Numbered from the stretch's first letter, positions 48,861-58,690 are shown. The stretch is 64,000 nucleotides of DNA from Desulfuromonadales bacterium (GCA_041677125.1 JBAYQP010000001.1:2677-66676); one strand, 5' to 3'. A program made the numbers and translations. Notes: generated by a model not told the origin, from the sequence alone.

Positions 48861-50186
48861 TCAGCATATCGGCCAATCGTTTGGATATTCGGCGGGGAAA
48901 AAATTCTCCCGGGTTCGGTTGAAATAGCCATACTGCAGGTTGGGCAGTTGTTCCTTGACCTGGTTCAGCATGGTGCGCATGCCGATTCCCTCGCCGGCGA
49001 CCTTCATCGCCTGCCCGTAAAGGACCGGATCGATGCTCAGATTGCGCATCTGCACCAGATCCACCCCTAAATCCCCCACCCCTTGCACCAGCGCCGCAAC
49101 CTCCTCCGGTTGGTCTGTAACGCCGGGGAAAACCAGATAGTTCAACATTGTGAACATCCCGGCTTTCTTGGCCCGCCGCAGCGATTCGACCACATCGGAA
49201 AATCGGTAACTCGCGGGGCGATAATAGGCGTTGTAGCGATCTTCGCGCAGCGAATTAAGGGAAATGCGCACCGAATCGACGCCCGCTGCGGCCAATCGAT
49301 CGATTTCGTCGGGCAGGGAGCCATTTGAATTGAAATTGATCGTTCCCCGGTCGGTCTGCCGCCGCATTTCACGGACGGCCGAGGCAACGGTTGCGGCTTG
49401 CAGAATCGGATCCCCCTCGCATCCCTGGCCGAAGGAGACGATGGCCTCCGGCGCCGTGCGCAGATGGGGAACAGCAATCCGGCAGAGTTCATCGACACTC
49501 GGGACAAAGCTCAGCCGCTCCTGACTGGCGGGGCAACAATCCGATTCCTGCAGGGAGATGCACCCCAGGCAGCGCGAATTGCAGACGGGTGAGGTCGGCA
49601 GAGGCGCTTCCCAGCGGCGGAAGAAGAGATTTTTGGCGGCGAAACAGTGGTAGTCGAGGGCGCAGCGGGCGAGTTGCTCAAGCAGACGATTGTCCGGATC
49701 GGCGCGCAAGGCCTGACGCACCAGGGGATCAAGCTTGCGGTCGTCGTAGTGTTCCGGCTGCCACTGGTTGTTGCGGTCGACCTGGACCGCCGCCGCGTAA
49801 AAGCGCTCCTCTTCCACACACCAACCGATGGCGGTGTAGGACCAGAGCGGCAGTTGAACCTTTTTTCGGCGATAATCGGCCGCCGGCAGCAAAGTGCGTG
49901 TGTAGGCCGGAGTGAGAAAAGCGGAGACCGCCTGCGCCGGCCCGCCACCGAGAGAGGACGGCAGGCGTGCAGCGGTGATCAATTGCCGGGTCCGCCGATC
50001 CAGGCCGATCGGCGGCGTCTCCGGGACGACGAACAGCCGGCTACCCTCAGGCAGCGGGATCAGTTCGTCGGGGCGCGGGGCGCGGGAGATCGGCCCGTTC
50101 ATGCCGGCCATCAGCAAACCGGGGTGCTCGAAAACCTCCCCGTCTCGATCGGCGACTACCGCCAGAATCGTTCTTTTCGGCGCCAT
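48861..50186 (-). CDS. Radical SAM protein with a roughly 200-aa uncharacterised N-terminal domain
   Basis: 441 aa with the cluster motif CNSRCLGC (Cx3Cx2C), followed by GQGCEGDPIL and NSNGSL TIM-barrel elements. I did not recognise the N-terminal domain. Confidence 0.8.
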   Translation of the reverse strand: MAPKRTILAVVADRDGEVFEHPGLLMAGMNGPISRAPRPDELIPLPEGSRLFVVPETPPIGLDRRTRQLITAARLPSSLGGGPAQAVSAFLTPAYTRTLLPAADYRRKKVQLPLWSYTAIGWCVEEERFYAAAVQVDRNNQWQPEHYDDRKLDPLVRQALRADPDNRLLEQLARCALDYHCFAAKNLFFRRWEAPLPTSPVCNSRCLGCISLQESDCCPASQERLSFVPSVDELCRIAVPHLRTAPEAIVSFGQGCEGDPILQAATVASAVREMRRQTDRGTINFNSNGSLPDEIDRLAAAGVDSVRISLNSLREDRYNAYYRPASYRFSDVVESLRRAKKAGMFTMLNYLVFPGVTDQPEEVAALVQGVGDLGVDLVQMRNLSIDPVLYGQAMKVAGEGIGMRTMLNQVKEQLPNLQYGYFNRTRENFFPAEYPNDWPIC

Positions 50187-50339
50187 GTTATCGAATCAGC
50201 TTTCGGCGAAATCCGGAAGTGTGCAACCGGAAAAGTCAAAGAGGGGGAAAGAAACCGGCCAAGGATAGCACAGGCTAGTTTGCGAGACAACCTCCTGTTA
50301 CATCAGCTTTTTTCTTTGCAACGGCAAACCTACTCGGCT

Positions 50340-52079
50340 ATGCTGGCCGGCATGCGCACGATCCTTGCCACCCTGCACAGCAAGTTCATTCATCCCAGCC
50401 TCGCCCTCCCCTGTCTGGCGGCTTACGCCCAGGGCGACGCCGCATGCCGATCGCCGTCGGCATGCGGGGAAATTGCGATCCGCGAGTTTACCATTCACGA
50501 ACCGCGCCAGCAAATTCTTTCCGCGTTGCTCGCCGAAGAGCCGGACGTGGTCGCTTTTTCCGTCTACCTGTGGAACCGCCGCGAGTCGCTTGAACTCGCC
50601 GACGCCCTGGCGACCGTCCGCCCCGATCTGCGGGTGGTGGTCGGCGGCCCGGAGGTTTCCTTCGATGGCGCGGAGCTGTTCGCCAGGCATCCCGGGGTAA
50701 GCGCCCTGGTGTGCGGAGAGGGGGAGATTCCCCTGCGCGCCCTTCTCGCCGCCTGGGCCGCGGGCCGCGACCCCGTCGGAGTGCCGCGCCTGATCTGGCG
50801 CGACCGGAATGGCGGCGTATGCGCAGGGCCGGATGGCCCTCCGCTGCGCAGCCTGGACGACCTGCCCTCCCCTTTTGCCGCCGATCTGGTCGATATCTCT
50901 CGCGGCATCGTTTATTTCGAAACGAGCCGGGGATGCCCATACACCTGCGCCTTCTGCCTGAGCGCCCTTGATCCGCAGGTACGCTCTTTTTCCATGGCGC
51001 GCATCCGCGCCGACCTCGATTGGCTCCTGTCGCGCCGCGTGCCCCAGATCAAACTGGTGGACCGCACCTTCAACTACGATGCCGCTCGCGCCCGGGAGAT
51101 CTGGTCTTATATCCTGCGGCACAACCAGCAAAGCCGCTTTCATTTCGAGATCGGCGCCCATCTGCTCGATGCGGCGAGCCTGGAGCTTCTCGCCGGCGTG
51201 CCGGAAGGGATGTTCCAGTTCGAGATTGGCGTGCAATCCACTCTGCCGCAAACGCTGGCGGCAATCGGCCGCCACACCGCCCTGGAGCGCCTGGAGGAGA
51301 AGGTCGGCCAATTGCGCCGGGATACCCGCATCGACCTGCACCTGGATCTGATCGCCGGCCTCCCCGGCGAGGGGTTCAGCCAATTTCTCGCCTCAATCGA
51401 CCGGGTCGCCGCCCTTGGCCCGCATCATTTGCAGATCGAACCGGTCAAGCTTCTTCCCGGCTCTCCCCTGCGCCGGCAGGCGGCGGAACGGGCCATCCGC
51501 TTCGATCCGCATCCCCCGTACACTGCCCTTTCCACGCCGGATCTCACTTTTGACGAGCTGCGGCGGATTGCCGGCATCAGCCGACTGCTCGATTTAAGCT
51601 GGAACAGTGACCGACTCTCCGGCTTTCTCGCCGGATTGGCCGCCATCGCCGGCTCCCTGGCCGCAGGGCTGGCGCGGCTAGAAGAGTACTTCCGGCGCAG
51701 CGATCTCTTTCGTCACCCGCTGTCGCAACGTTCGATTTACGAGCATATCGCCACGGGCGTCCATGCGATTTTTGCCGAGAAGGACACTGCGGTTCTGCGG
51801 GATTTGCTGGCGCGCGACTGCGCCCACGGCGAGCGGATCGTCCGGGACAACCCCCCGTTTTTTTTCACTTTTGGCTTATCGGCGGAAGAAGAAAATGCGG
51901 TGCGGGAACGCGTGCAAACGGAGACGGCGGAACTGCGCGGCCAGGGGATCAAAGTGCAGCATTTCGCCGCCTCATTCTCCCACCTGCCCGATTTTTCCGG
52001 TCGGCAAATCCTGCTGTTTCTCTACCTGACTCAGACCGGAAAAAAGATGATTGTGCGGGAAATCCCGGTTTTAGGATAA
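50340..52079 (+). CDS. B12-binding-domain radical SAM protein with a DUF4080-like C-terminus
   Basis: 579 aa from MLAGMRTILATLHSKFIHPSLAL (B12-binding-like N-domain). It contains SRGCPYTCAFC (Cx3Cx2C). The C-terminal roughly 200 aa resembles DUF4080, from memory. The part of the track ORF before 50340 is antisense to the neighbouring gene. Confidence 0.8.
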   Translation: MLAGMRTILATLHSKFIHPSLALPCLAAYAQGDAACRSPSACGEIAIREFTIHEPRQQILSALLAEEPDVVAFSVYLWNRRESLELADALATVRPDLRVVVGGPEVSFDGAELFARHPGVSALVCGEGEIPLRALLAAWAAGRDPVGVPRLIWRDRNGGVCAGPDGPPLRSLDDLPSPFAADLVDISRGIVYFETSRGCPYTCAFCLSALDPQVRSFSMARIRADLDWLLSRRVPQIKLVDRTFNYDAARAREIWSYILRHNQQSRFHFEIGAHLLDAASLELLAGVPEGMFQFEIGVQSTLPQTLAAIGRHTALERLEEKVGQLRRDTRIDLHLDLIAGLPGEGFSQFLASIDRVAALGPHHLQIEPVKLLPGSPLRRQAAERAIRFDPHPPYTALSTPDLTFDELRRIAGISRLLDLSWNSDRLSGFLAGLAAIAGSLAAGLARLEEYFRRSDLFRHPLSQRSIYEHIATGVHAIFAEKDTAVLRDLLARDCAHGERIVRDNPPFFFTFGLSAEEENAVRERVQTETAELRGQGIKVQHFAASFSHLPDFSGRQILLFLYLTQTGKKMIVREIPVLG

Positions 52080-52128
52080 AAACGGACCTGTCTTGCCGCA
52101 GGCGAGGCGTGGAGGCGCTGGCCAAAAT

Positions 52129-53358
52129 TTATCGACCGATTTTCTCGGAGGGATTTTCTTTATCCTCATTTCCAGTGATCATCTGAATTTTTTCCCTGCA
52201 GATGAGAATCTCGAAGGCAAGTCCGGTTTTGAAGAGGATTTTTTTCAATTCCCGGCATTCTGCTGCCATATCCTCGGCGCCTTCCCCGTAAACGATGCCA
52301 ACGATATTTCCGGCGACAAAAATCGGCAGCACCAAAACCTGATCAGGGCCGTCGCTCCTCAGCGCCTCCTGAAGCAAAGCGTTGGAAATGGTTTCCGGGA
52401 TCGGTCCGAGGTGTCCTTCCCTGCTTTCGGCCACCGTTTTCAGAACCGAGGGGGAATCCAGCGGCAACCGGAATTGGTTGAATAGCTGGATTTCCGTTTC
52501 CTCGTGGGCCGCTTTCCAGCCATAGGCGGCGCCGCCCAGCAGGGTGAAAAGGGCGCTTCTGCCGAAGCGGCAGTTCATATAAGCCATCAGAGCAAGAGCG
52601 ATCTCTTCCCGATCGCGGGCCCATGAAAGTTTCTGCGCCATGTCGTCGATGGAAATTTTTTCCGCTGGGTCGCCCCCCTCCTCTTCGACGATTTCCGCCA
52701 TCCGCATGTCGTCGCCGGTCTCCACGGCGTCGGCAACGGCGGAAGGTTGCGCAACAGGTTCTTCCTGCAAAGAAATTTCCGTAACCGCCTCGGGTTGGGC
52801 CGCCGCCGCCGTTGCCGCGTCCGTCGTCGCCTTCTTTTCGGCCTTTTCGGCCTCTTCGGCCAAAGCGGCAGCCTTCGTTCGTTCTTCCTCCAGATAGCCG
52901 ATGATCTCCCGGTAACGAGGAAGCATCCTGGCTTCGTAATAAACAGCCAAAGCCTCCATGAGGCGCACTTCCGGGGCAACGACCGGGCGAATCATGAAGC
53001 CGGTGGCAAAAGAGATTTCATCGACCGCTTGCAGATCGGCGGGATCGACCATGGCGAGAGCCAGCTTTTTCTTGTCGTATTTGATCGGAATCGCCTGGTA
53101 TTTCAAAGCGAGGGACTGTGGAATTTTGGCGATGATTTCCGGACTGATATCCTTGAGATGCCCGGGGGAGATATAAGGGACCGAAAGTTTCCGACTGAGA
53201 AAACGAGCAAGGTTCTCTTCGCCGACAAAGCCCAGCTCGATGAGGCTGGTGCCGATTCGGCCCCCATGCAGAACCCTGTTCTGCAACGCCTCGTCGCATT
53301 GCGCTTCATTGATCAATCCAGCGCGAAGCAGCATTTCCAAAAGGGTGGTCTTCGGCAT
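52129..53358 (-). CDS. MshEN (T2SSE_N)-domain protein, paralogue of 43951-45114, with an acidic/Ala-rich linker and a GAF-like C-terminus
   Basis: 409 aa from MPKTTLLEML, with a GGGAGGA SD. It has the same architecture as its paralogue. The second MshEN motif (RIGTSLIELGFVGEENLARFLSRK) is intact, while the first (TLLEMLLRAGLINEAQCDEALQNR) lacks the RLG start. Confidence 0.75.
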   Translation of the reverse strand: MPKTTLLEMLLRAGLINEAQCDEALQNRVLHGGRIGTSLIELGFVGEENLARFLSRKLSVPYISPGHLKDISPEIIAKIPQSLALKYQAIPIKYDKKKLALAMVDPADLQAVDEISFATGFMIRPVVAPEVRLMEALAVYYEARMLPRYREIIGYLEEERTKAAALAEEAEKAEKKATTDAATAAAAQPEAVTEISLQEEPVAQPSAVADAVETGDDMRMAEIVEEEGGDPAEKISIDDMAQKLSWARDREEIALALMAYMNCRFGRSALFTLLGGAAYGWKAAHEETEIQLFNQFRLPLDSPSVLKTVAESREGHLGPIPETISNALLQEALRSDGPDQVLVLPIFVAGNIVGIVYGEGAEDMAAECRELKKILFKTGLAFEILICREKIQMITGNEDKENPSEKIGR

Positions 53359-53486
53359 TTGTTCCTCCCGGTCCGGATTGCCCGGCAATTGAAAAACCTT
53401 ACATAGAAAAGTCAAGGAGATGGTGTCAACAGAACATGCCGCTGGCGCAGGAGATCGGTCGCTGCGAAGATATATCGCGAACGGCG

Positions 53487-54356
53487 TCAGTCCTTGGCCA
53501 GGGCGATCAGCTCCTGCCGACTCACGTGGTAATCCTCATTGCAAAAATGGCAGGTGACAACGGTTTCCTCCGGCCTTTCCGCTAGGTGCCGCAGCTCTTC
53601 TTTGCCGAGGGAGTGCAACATGCGCAAGATCTGCGGCTGACTGCAAATGCAGCGAAAAGCGAGATCCGTTTCCGCCTGCACGGTAAAGGGGATGCCGGCC
53701 AAAAGACGTTCGAGAATTTGCAGCGGCGACAGCCCCTCGCCAAGCAGATCGGTGGTCGGCGGCATGGCGCGCAGACGCTCTTCAAGGACACCTATCCGTT
53801 CGTCGGGACAGCCCGGCATAGCCTGCACCAGCAATCCTCCCGCCGCCTTCGCCTCTGCCTCCTTCCCGAGACAAACCCCAAGAGCGACCATCGAGGGAAT
53901 CTGTTCCGAGGTGGTGAGATAATAGGCCAGGTCTTCGGCGATTTCGCTGCTGTAGAGCTGGACCATGCCCCGATACGGCTCTTTCATCCCCAGGTCTTTG
54001 GTGACATGCAAAAACCCCGCCCGTCCTACCGCGCCGGCGACATCAAACTGATTGCCCCGTGGCGGCAGGCCGGCGACAGGCGTCTTGAGCGAGGCTCGCA
54101 CATGGCCGTACGCATCGGCTTCGGCATGGAGCCTCTGCAATGGCCCGTTTCCCTCAATAAGCAACGCCAGGCGCTGCGCCCCTTTCAACTGACTGCCGAG
54201 CAATGCGGCGCCGCTGATCAGGCGGCCAATAGCGACCGTGGCGGTGGGATCGGTTCCTTGCCGCCGCCGCGTTTCATCAACCAATCCGGTGGTTGCGGCG
54301 GCCGCCGCACGCAGTGTTTTATCCTCGGTAAGTATTCGGACCAGATGATCTTTCAT
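53487..54356 (-). CDS. hslO: Redox-regulated chaperone Hsp33
   Basis: 289 aa from MKDHLVRIL. The C-terminal zinc centre is CICS...CHFCNEDY (CxC...CxxC). The 146 extra N-terminal codons of the track ORF overlap the upstream gene. Confidence 0.9.
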   Translation of the reverse strand: MKDHLVRILTEDKTLRAAAAATTGLVDETRRRQGTDPTATVAIGRLISGAALLGSQLKGAQRLALLIEGNGPLQRLHAEADAYGHVRASLKTPVAGLPPRGNQFDVAGAVGRAGFLHVTKDLGMKEPYRGMVQLYSSEIAEDLAYYLTTSEQIPSMVALGVCLGKEAEAKAAGGLLVQAMPGCPDERIGVLEERLRAMPPTTDLLGEGLSPLQILERLLAGIPFTVQAETDLAFRCICSQPQILRMLHSLGKEELRHLAERPEETVVTCHFCNEDYHVSRQELIALAKD

Positions 54357-54382
54357 GGCAAGTTCCGCTGTCTCCTTTTTCC

Positions 54383-56083
54383 TCAATCGATCCTTACGAT
54401 CAAACCGCTGATATAACGGGGATCGATGTCCGCCGCCGGAACCGTACAGAATTCCTCTTCCCAGATATCCAGGCAATAATGGGCAAAAGCGCCGGTGCCG
54501 GGTTCGAGTTGCTCGAGCCATTGTACGGTTTCCGTCCGGATAGCGGAAGCGACCACGCCGTCGGCGCAAACCTTGGCATGCAGCAGCGCCAGCTCCGTCG
54601 ACGCAATCGGCAGCGGCAGAAAATCGCGGCCCAGGAGCCGATTGCCAAGTGCGGTCAGGAAGAAATCGGAGAGAGCAAGATCCTCGGCGATGTCGGGGAT
54701 ACACCCGGTTAGATCGACAGAATCCTGGGCTGGCAACGCGAAGGGAAACTTGGTTGCAAACAGAGCGCGCTGGCCGTCCAGGCGGTCCAGCCATTCACTG
54801 GCGCGCCGCAGCTCCTGAACTGTGCCGAAGGGGCGTTCGCCGGCACGGGTCGCATTTTCGATACCTTCGAAATATCGCGGTTTTTTCCGCGACAGGGCGG
54901 CGATAAAGGCACAAAACGGACCGTCGAGCCACGGCCCGATGAGCGACTGGCTCACCTGCCGGGCGCGACGCTGCAGATCGAGACTCAGGCTGAAGCCAAG
55001 GCGGAAAAGCGCTTGCAGGTGCGTATCGGCGAACAGGCGGGAGGCCTGCGCGATGTCGGCGCCGCAAAGATGCTCCAGGGCGAGGTTGAGATAGCGGCAG
55101 ACGTCGCCGCCGGCTTCCTGGACGCGGGCGATGTCGCTGATATCCAGACGATCGGCGACCATCACCCGGTTCAACAGCCACGTCAGTTCCCAAGCCGTTT
55201 CGATATCGATGCCGGCGCTCAGCACCTCGGCAAGCAGACCGCCGGGCTGGGCGGCGGCGAGAACAAACCCGGGGGCGACGCCGGCCGGCAGGTCGGGCGT
55301 GCCGGCGCGACGGAAATCACCCGGGTCAAAGGTTGACGGATCGAGCCGGGAGTAGATGGCGAGAGATTCGAAGGGATCGGGAAAACCGAGACTTTCCAGG
55401 CGAATCCGGCGCTCCTGGTAGTTTTCTTCTTCAAGCAAGGTCTCCTGCTCCCAGCGCACCGCTTCCAGCAGACGGTTGAACATGGCCGGGTCCTGACGCT
55501 GAAGAAACTCCAGGAGAGCGGCAAAGAGTTTGCCTGTTTCGGCATCCCGGTAGGCCAGTTCATAGCCGGCGTTGTGCTGGGCGGCTGCACTGCGGCTATC
55601 CTCGTCGTCAGCGTCTCCCGGCGTACTGAGAACGTCGATCTGTTTTTTCAGGATCAGGACGAGCAGCCCAAAATCAAGTTGGTGCACCGTTTCCAGAACC
55701 TTTTCATCCCCCCCCTCGAAGAGCACGGCCAGCCACTCGGCGGCGGTTCGGGCGTCGAACACGTCTTCGCGCCAGCAGTCCAAGTCGAGAAAAGTGGTGA
55801 ATTGACCAGCATCGGCGGCACACAGCAGTTCCGGCACATCCGGCAGGCCAAGTTCCTTGATCAGCAAATAGACTTCCTGCGCCGGCAGTCGGCGCACCAG
55901 GTCTTCGGCATCCTCCGCCTCCACCAGCAACTGATACTTTTGCCGCCCGACGGCCCCGCCGATCATGGACAGCCGCTCGGCAAAAGTGAGGGCGTTGAAT
56001 TCCTTGCTCGAGATGCTGCGCGCCGTGCGCAACAGGGTGAGGTGACCGACCTGTTTCTCTCGCGGCAAATCAATCTTGGTCAT
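54383..56083 (-). CDS. Large conserved-looking hypothetical protein (possibly DUF6178-like; N-terminus with MgtE_N-like helical repeats)
   Basis: 566 aa, soluble and acidic. It contains LPAQEVYLLIKELGLPDVPELL...FLDLDCW. It lies between recG and hslO with short gaps. The family name is from uncertain memory. Confidence 0.55.
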   Translation of the reverse strand: MTKIDLPREKQVGHLTLLRTARSISSKEFNALTFAERLSMIGGAVGRQKYQLLVEAEDAEDLVRRLPAQEVYLLIKELGLPDVPELLCAADAGQFTTFLDLDCWREDVFDARTAAEWLAVLFEGGDEKVLETVHQLDFGLLVLILKKQIDVLSTPGDADDEDSRSAAAQHNAGYELAYRDAETGKLFAALLEFLQRQDPAMFNRLLEAVRWEQETLLEEENYQERRIRLESLGFPDPFESLAIYSRLDPSTFDPGDFRRAGTPDLPAGVAPGFVLAAAQPGGLLAEVLSAGIDIETAWELTWLLNRVMVADRLDISDIARVQEAGGDVCRYLNLALEHLCGADIAQASRLFADTHLQALFRLGFSLSLDLQRRARQVSQSLIGPWLDGPFCAFIAALSRKKPRYFEGIENATRAGERPFGTVQELRRASEWLDRLDGQRALFATKFPFALPAQDSVDLTGCIPDIAEDLALSDFFLTALGNRLLGRDFLPLPIASTELALLHAKVCADGVVASAIRTETVQWLEQLEPGTGAFAHYCLDIWEEEFCTVPAADIDPRYISGLIVRID

Positions 56084-56146
56084 TGAGGCTCCTGTCGTTT
56101 CCCTTCCAGAGAGGGCAGTTGGATTCGGGTTTTGTCCGGCTTTTGC

Positions 56147-58300
56147 TCAGCCGATGCTGGCCAATTCGAGCCGCGCGCCCCAGCGTTCGCGCAATGTCTG
56201 GCGCAGATCACTGTAGGTGGGATCGGTGAGAAAGGCGGGATCGGCGGCGAGCGCGAAAGCGTCCTGCCGCGCTTCTTCGAGAATGCGGCCGTCGCGCAGC
56301 AGACTGGCCACCCGGAAATCGGGCAGGCCGGCTTGTCGGGTGCCGAGAAACTCCCCCGGTCCGCGGATCTCCAGATCGGCTTCGGCGATGCGAAAACCAT
56401 CCGTCGTCTCCTCCATGACCTGTAGCCGACGCATCCCCTCTTCACTGCAGCGCAGGGAACGAACAAGCAGACAATGACTGGCCCCCGTCCCGCGTCCGAC
56501 CCGGCCGCGCAACTGGTGCAACTGGGCCAGGCCGAAACGCTCGGCATGCTCGATCATCATCACCGTGGCGTTGGGGATGTCGATGCCGACCTCGATGACC
56601 GTCGTCGCCACCAGGATATCGAGCCGCCGCTCTTTAAAATCAGTCATCACCGCGTCTTTCTCCTCCGCCTTCATTCGGCCGTGCAGCAGACCGATCCGAG
56701 AAGCGGGGAAGATTTCGCGCCGCAATCGCTCCGCGCCTTCGGTGGCATCGAGCAGATCGCTTTTTTCAGATTCTTCGATAAGCGGATAAACAATATACGC
56801 CTGATGTCCGGCGGCCAGTTCGCGGTCAATGTAATCATAGGCGCGGCGGCGCGCCCCCTCGGAAAATATCCTGGTCCGCACCGGGGTGCGTCCCGGCGGC
56901 AGCTCATCGATGACGGAGAGGGCCAGATCGCCGTACAGGGTAAGAGACAGAGTCCGCGGGATGGGAGTGGCGGTCATCACCAGGATATGGGGATTTTCCC
57001 CTTTTTTGCGCAGAATGCCCCGCTGCCGGACACCAAAGCGATGCTGCTCGTCGATGATGCCCAGCCCCAGGCGATGGAATTCAACCCCCTCCTGAAGAAC
57101 CGCGTGGGTGCCCACCACCAGGTGGATGCTCCCCTCGCGAAGGCCCCTCAATACTTCGTCCTTGGCCCGCGCCGTCAGGGAACCGGCAAGCAGGCCGGTG
57201 CGCAAACCGAGTTCGGCCAGCCAGTGACGAAACTGCAGATAGTGCTGTTCGGCAAGAATTTCGGTGGGGGCGACCACCGCCACCTGGGTATCGTTTTCGA
57301 TGGCGACGAGGGCGGCCATCAGGGCGACGATCGTCTTGCCGCTGCCGACATCCCCTTGCACCAGACGGTGCATCGGGTGGGGCGCCATCAGATCATTTTT
57401 GATTTCGCCGAGCACCCGTCGTTGGGCGGCGGTCAGTCGCCATGGGAGCATCTGCGCCAGTGGTTTGGTGTACACATGCCGCACCTGGAAAGGAATTCCG
57501 GGCTCCAGCACGACCCCGCGCCGGCGCAGCGCCAGACCGAGTTCGAGAAAGAAAAATTCATCGTAAACCAGGGTCCGGCGGGCCGGATCGGTTCCTCGCT
57601 CCAGATCGGGGAGGGATGCCTCCGGCGGTGGCCAGTGCACCTGTTCAAGAGCGGCCGAAAGCGGCAATAACTGCCGACGCCGCAGCAGTTTTTCCGGCAG
57701 GGGCGAAACCGCAAGCTGGGCGAAACGCTCAACCACCTCTTTCCAGATCCGCCGGGCGGCTTTCTGGTGCAACCCTTCGGTAAGAGGATAAATGGGTAGC
57801 AGTCGACCAAAACTCAACGGATCGGCGGCCATGGCGTTTTCCGGCGACTGGCCGGGGCTGAGAAATTCAACATCCGGATGCTGGATTTCGCGGACCATCC
57901 CGAAGCGCTTTATCTCGCCGGAGCAAAAGACGCGCCGGCCCACGGCGTACCTCTTCTGCATCCATTCGCGACGATAATGAAACCATTTGAGGCTGATTTG
58001 TCCGCTGCCGTCGCCGACCACCACCTCGAACAGCCGCCGGCGGCTTTTGGCGGTAAACGTCTCCCCCGCCGCAAGGATTTCGCCGTGAAAAACCTCCTGG
58101 ACGCCATCGCGCAATTGGGCAATCCGGCGAATTTCCCGGCGGTCTTCATAGCGGTTGGGCAGAGTGTAGAGAGCATCTTCGACGGAGACGACACCCATGC
58201 GCCGAAGTTTTTCCTGCAATTGCGGGCCGACACCCCGGATCTGTTCGATCGGGGTGGCCAGAAATTGCCGGCTGCTCTGACTGGTGGGGGTTAAGGGCAT
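56147..58300 (-). CDS. recG: ATP-dependent DNA helicase RecG
   Basis: 717 aa with a wedge domain and helicase motifs GDVGSGKT, DEQHRFGV, MTATPIPRTL and QLHQLRGRVGRG. Confidence 0.95.
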   Translation of the reverse strand: MPLTPTSQSSRQFLATPIEQIRGVGPQLQEKLRRMGVVSVEDALYTLPNRYEDRREIRRIAQLRDGVQEVFHGEILAAGETFTAKSRRRLFEVVVGDGSGQISLKWFHYRREWMQKRYAVGRRVFCSGEIKRFGMVREIQHPDVEFLSPGQSPENAMAADPLSFGRLLPIYPLTEGLHQKAARRIWKEVVERFAQLAVSPLPEKLLRRRQLLPLSAALEQVHWPPPEASLPDLERGTDPARRTLVYDEFFFLELGLALRRRGVVLEPGIPFQVRHVYTKPLAQMLPWRLTAAQRRVLGEIKNDLMAPHPMHRLVQGDVGSGKTIVALMAALVAIENDTQVAVVAPTEILAEQHYLQFRHWLAELGLRTGLLAGSLTARAKDEVLRGLREGSIHLVVGTHAVLQEGVEFHRLGLGIIDEQHRFGVRQRGILRKKGENPHILVMTATPIPRTLSLTLYGDLALSVIDELPPGRTPVRTRIFSEGARRRAYDYIDRELAAGHQAYIVYPLIEESEKSDLLDATEGAERLRREIFPASRIGLLHGRMKAEEKDAVMTDFKERRLDILVATTVIEVGIDIPNATVMMIEHAERFGLAQLHQLRGRVGRGTGASHCLLVRSLRCSEEGMRRLQVMEETTDGFRIAEADLEIRGPGEFLGTRQAGLPDFRVASLLRDGRILEEARQDAFALAADPAFLTDPTYSDLRQTLRERWGARLELASIG

Positions 58301-58439
58301 GCTGCCCTCGCAAGTGTTGCAACAAAAGAGATGCGGCAGAGATCGGCAGGAAGCGATATCTCAGAAAGGAGATTAAGGAAAGACAGGTAAGGGACTGTCC
58401 TGAGATCGTTTTTTCTTCTCACCCCTCACCCCGTAATCC

Positions 58440-58643
58440 TCATTTGTCGAAAATGGCATTCAGGTCGCGCAGGATATCGTTTACGTCCAGGCCGTGCGCG
58501 GTTGCTCCCTGCTCAAGGGTTTCGTTGGCTGCTCCCATGCAGCCGACGCAGCCGAGGCGATAATTGCGCAGGACCGTGGCAACCTCGGGACTCATCTGCA
58601 GAACCTGGTGAAAGGTCATGTTTTTAGTAACTTTGTCGGACAT
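58440..58643 (-). CDS. DUF1858 / hybrid-cluster-protein-associated redox disulfide-type small protein
   Basis: 67 aa: MTFHQVLQMSPEVATVLRNYRLGCVGCMGAANETLEQGATAHGLD, which carries the CxxC of this family. Confidence 0.7.
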   Translation of the reverse strand: MSDKVTKNMTFHQVLQMSPEVATVLRNYRLGCVGCMGAANETLEQGATAHGLDVNDILRDLNAIFDK

Positions 58644-58690
58644 TGCGGTCTCCTTGTATTTGGCCAGACAGCTAAAAGCTGAGCGCTGCC

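Noticed and set aside
49647-50339. N-terminal 231 codons of the 810-aa track ORF
   Set aside because: This part is antisense to the 441-aa radical-SAM gene and is Arg/Gly-rich. The B12-binding domain begins at MLAGMRTIL (50340).
54357-54794. 146-codon N-terminal extension of the Hsp33 ORF
   Set aside because: It overlaps the 3' end of the upstream 566-aa gene in another frame. Hsp33 family proteins start at MKDHLVR-type sequences, and the 289-aa length then fits.
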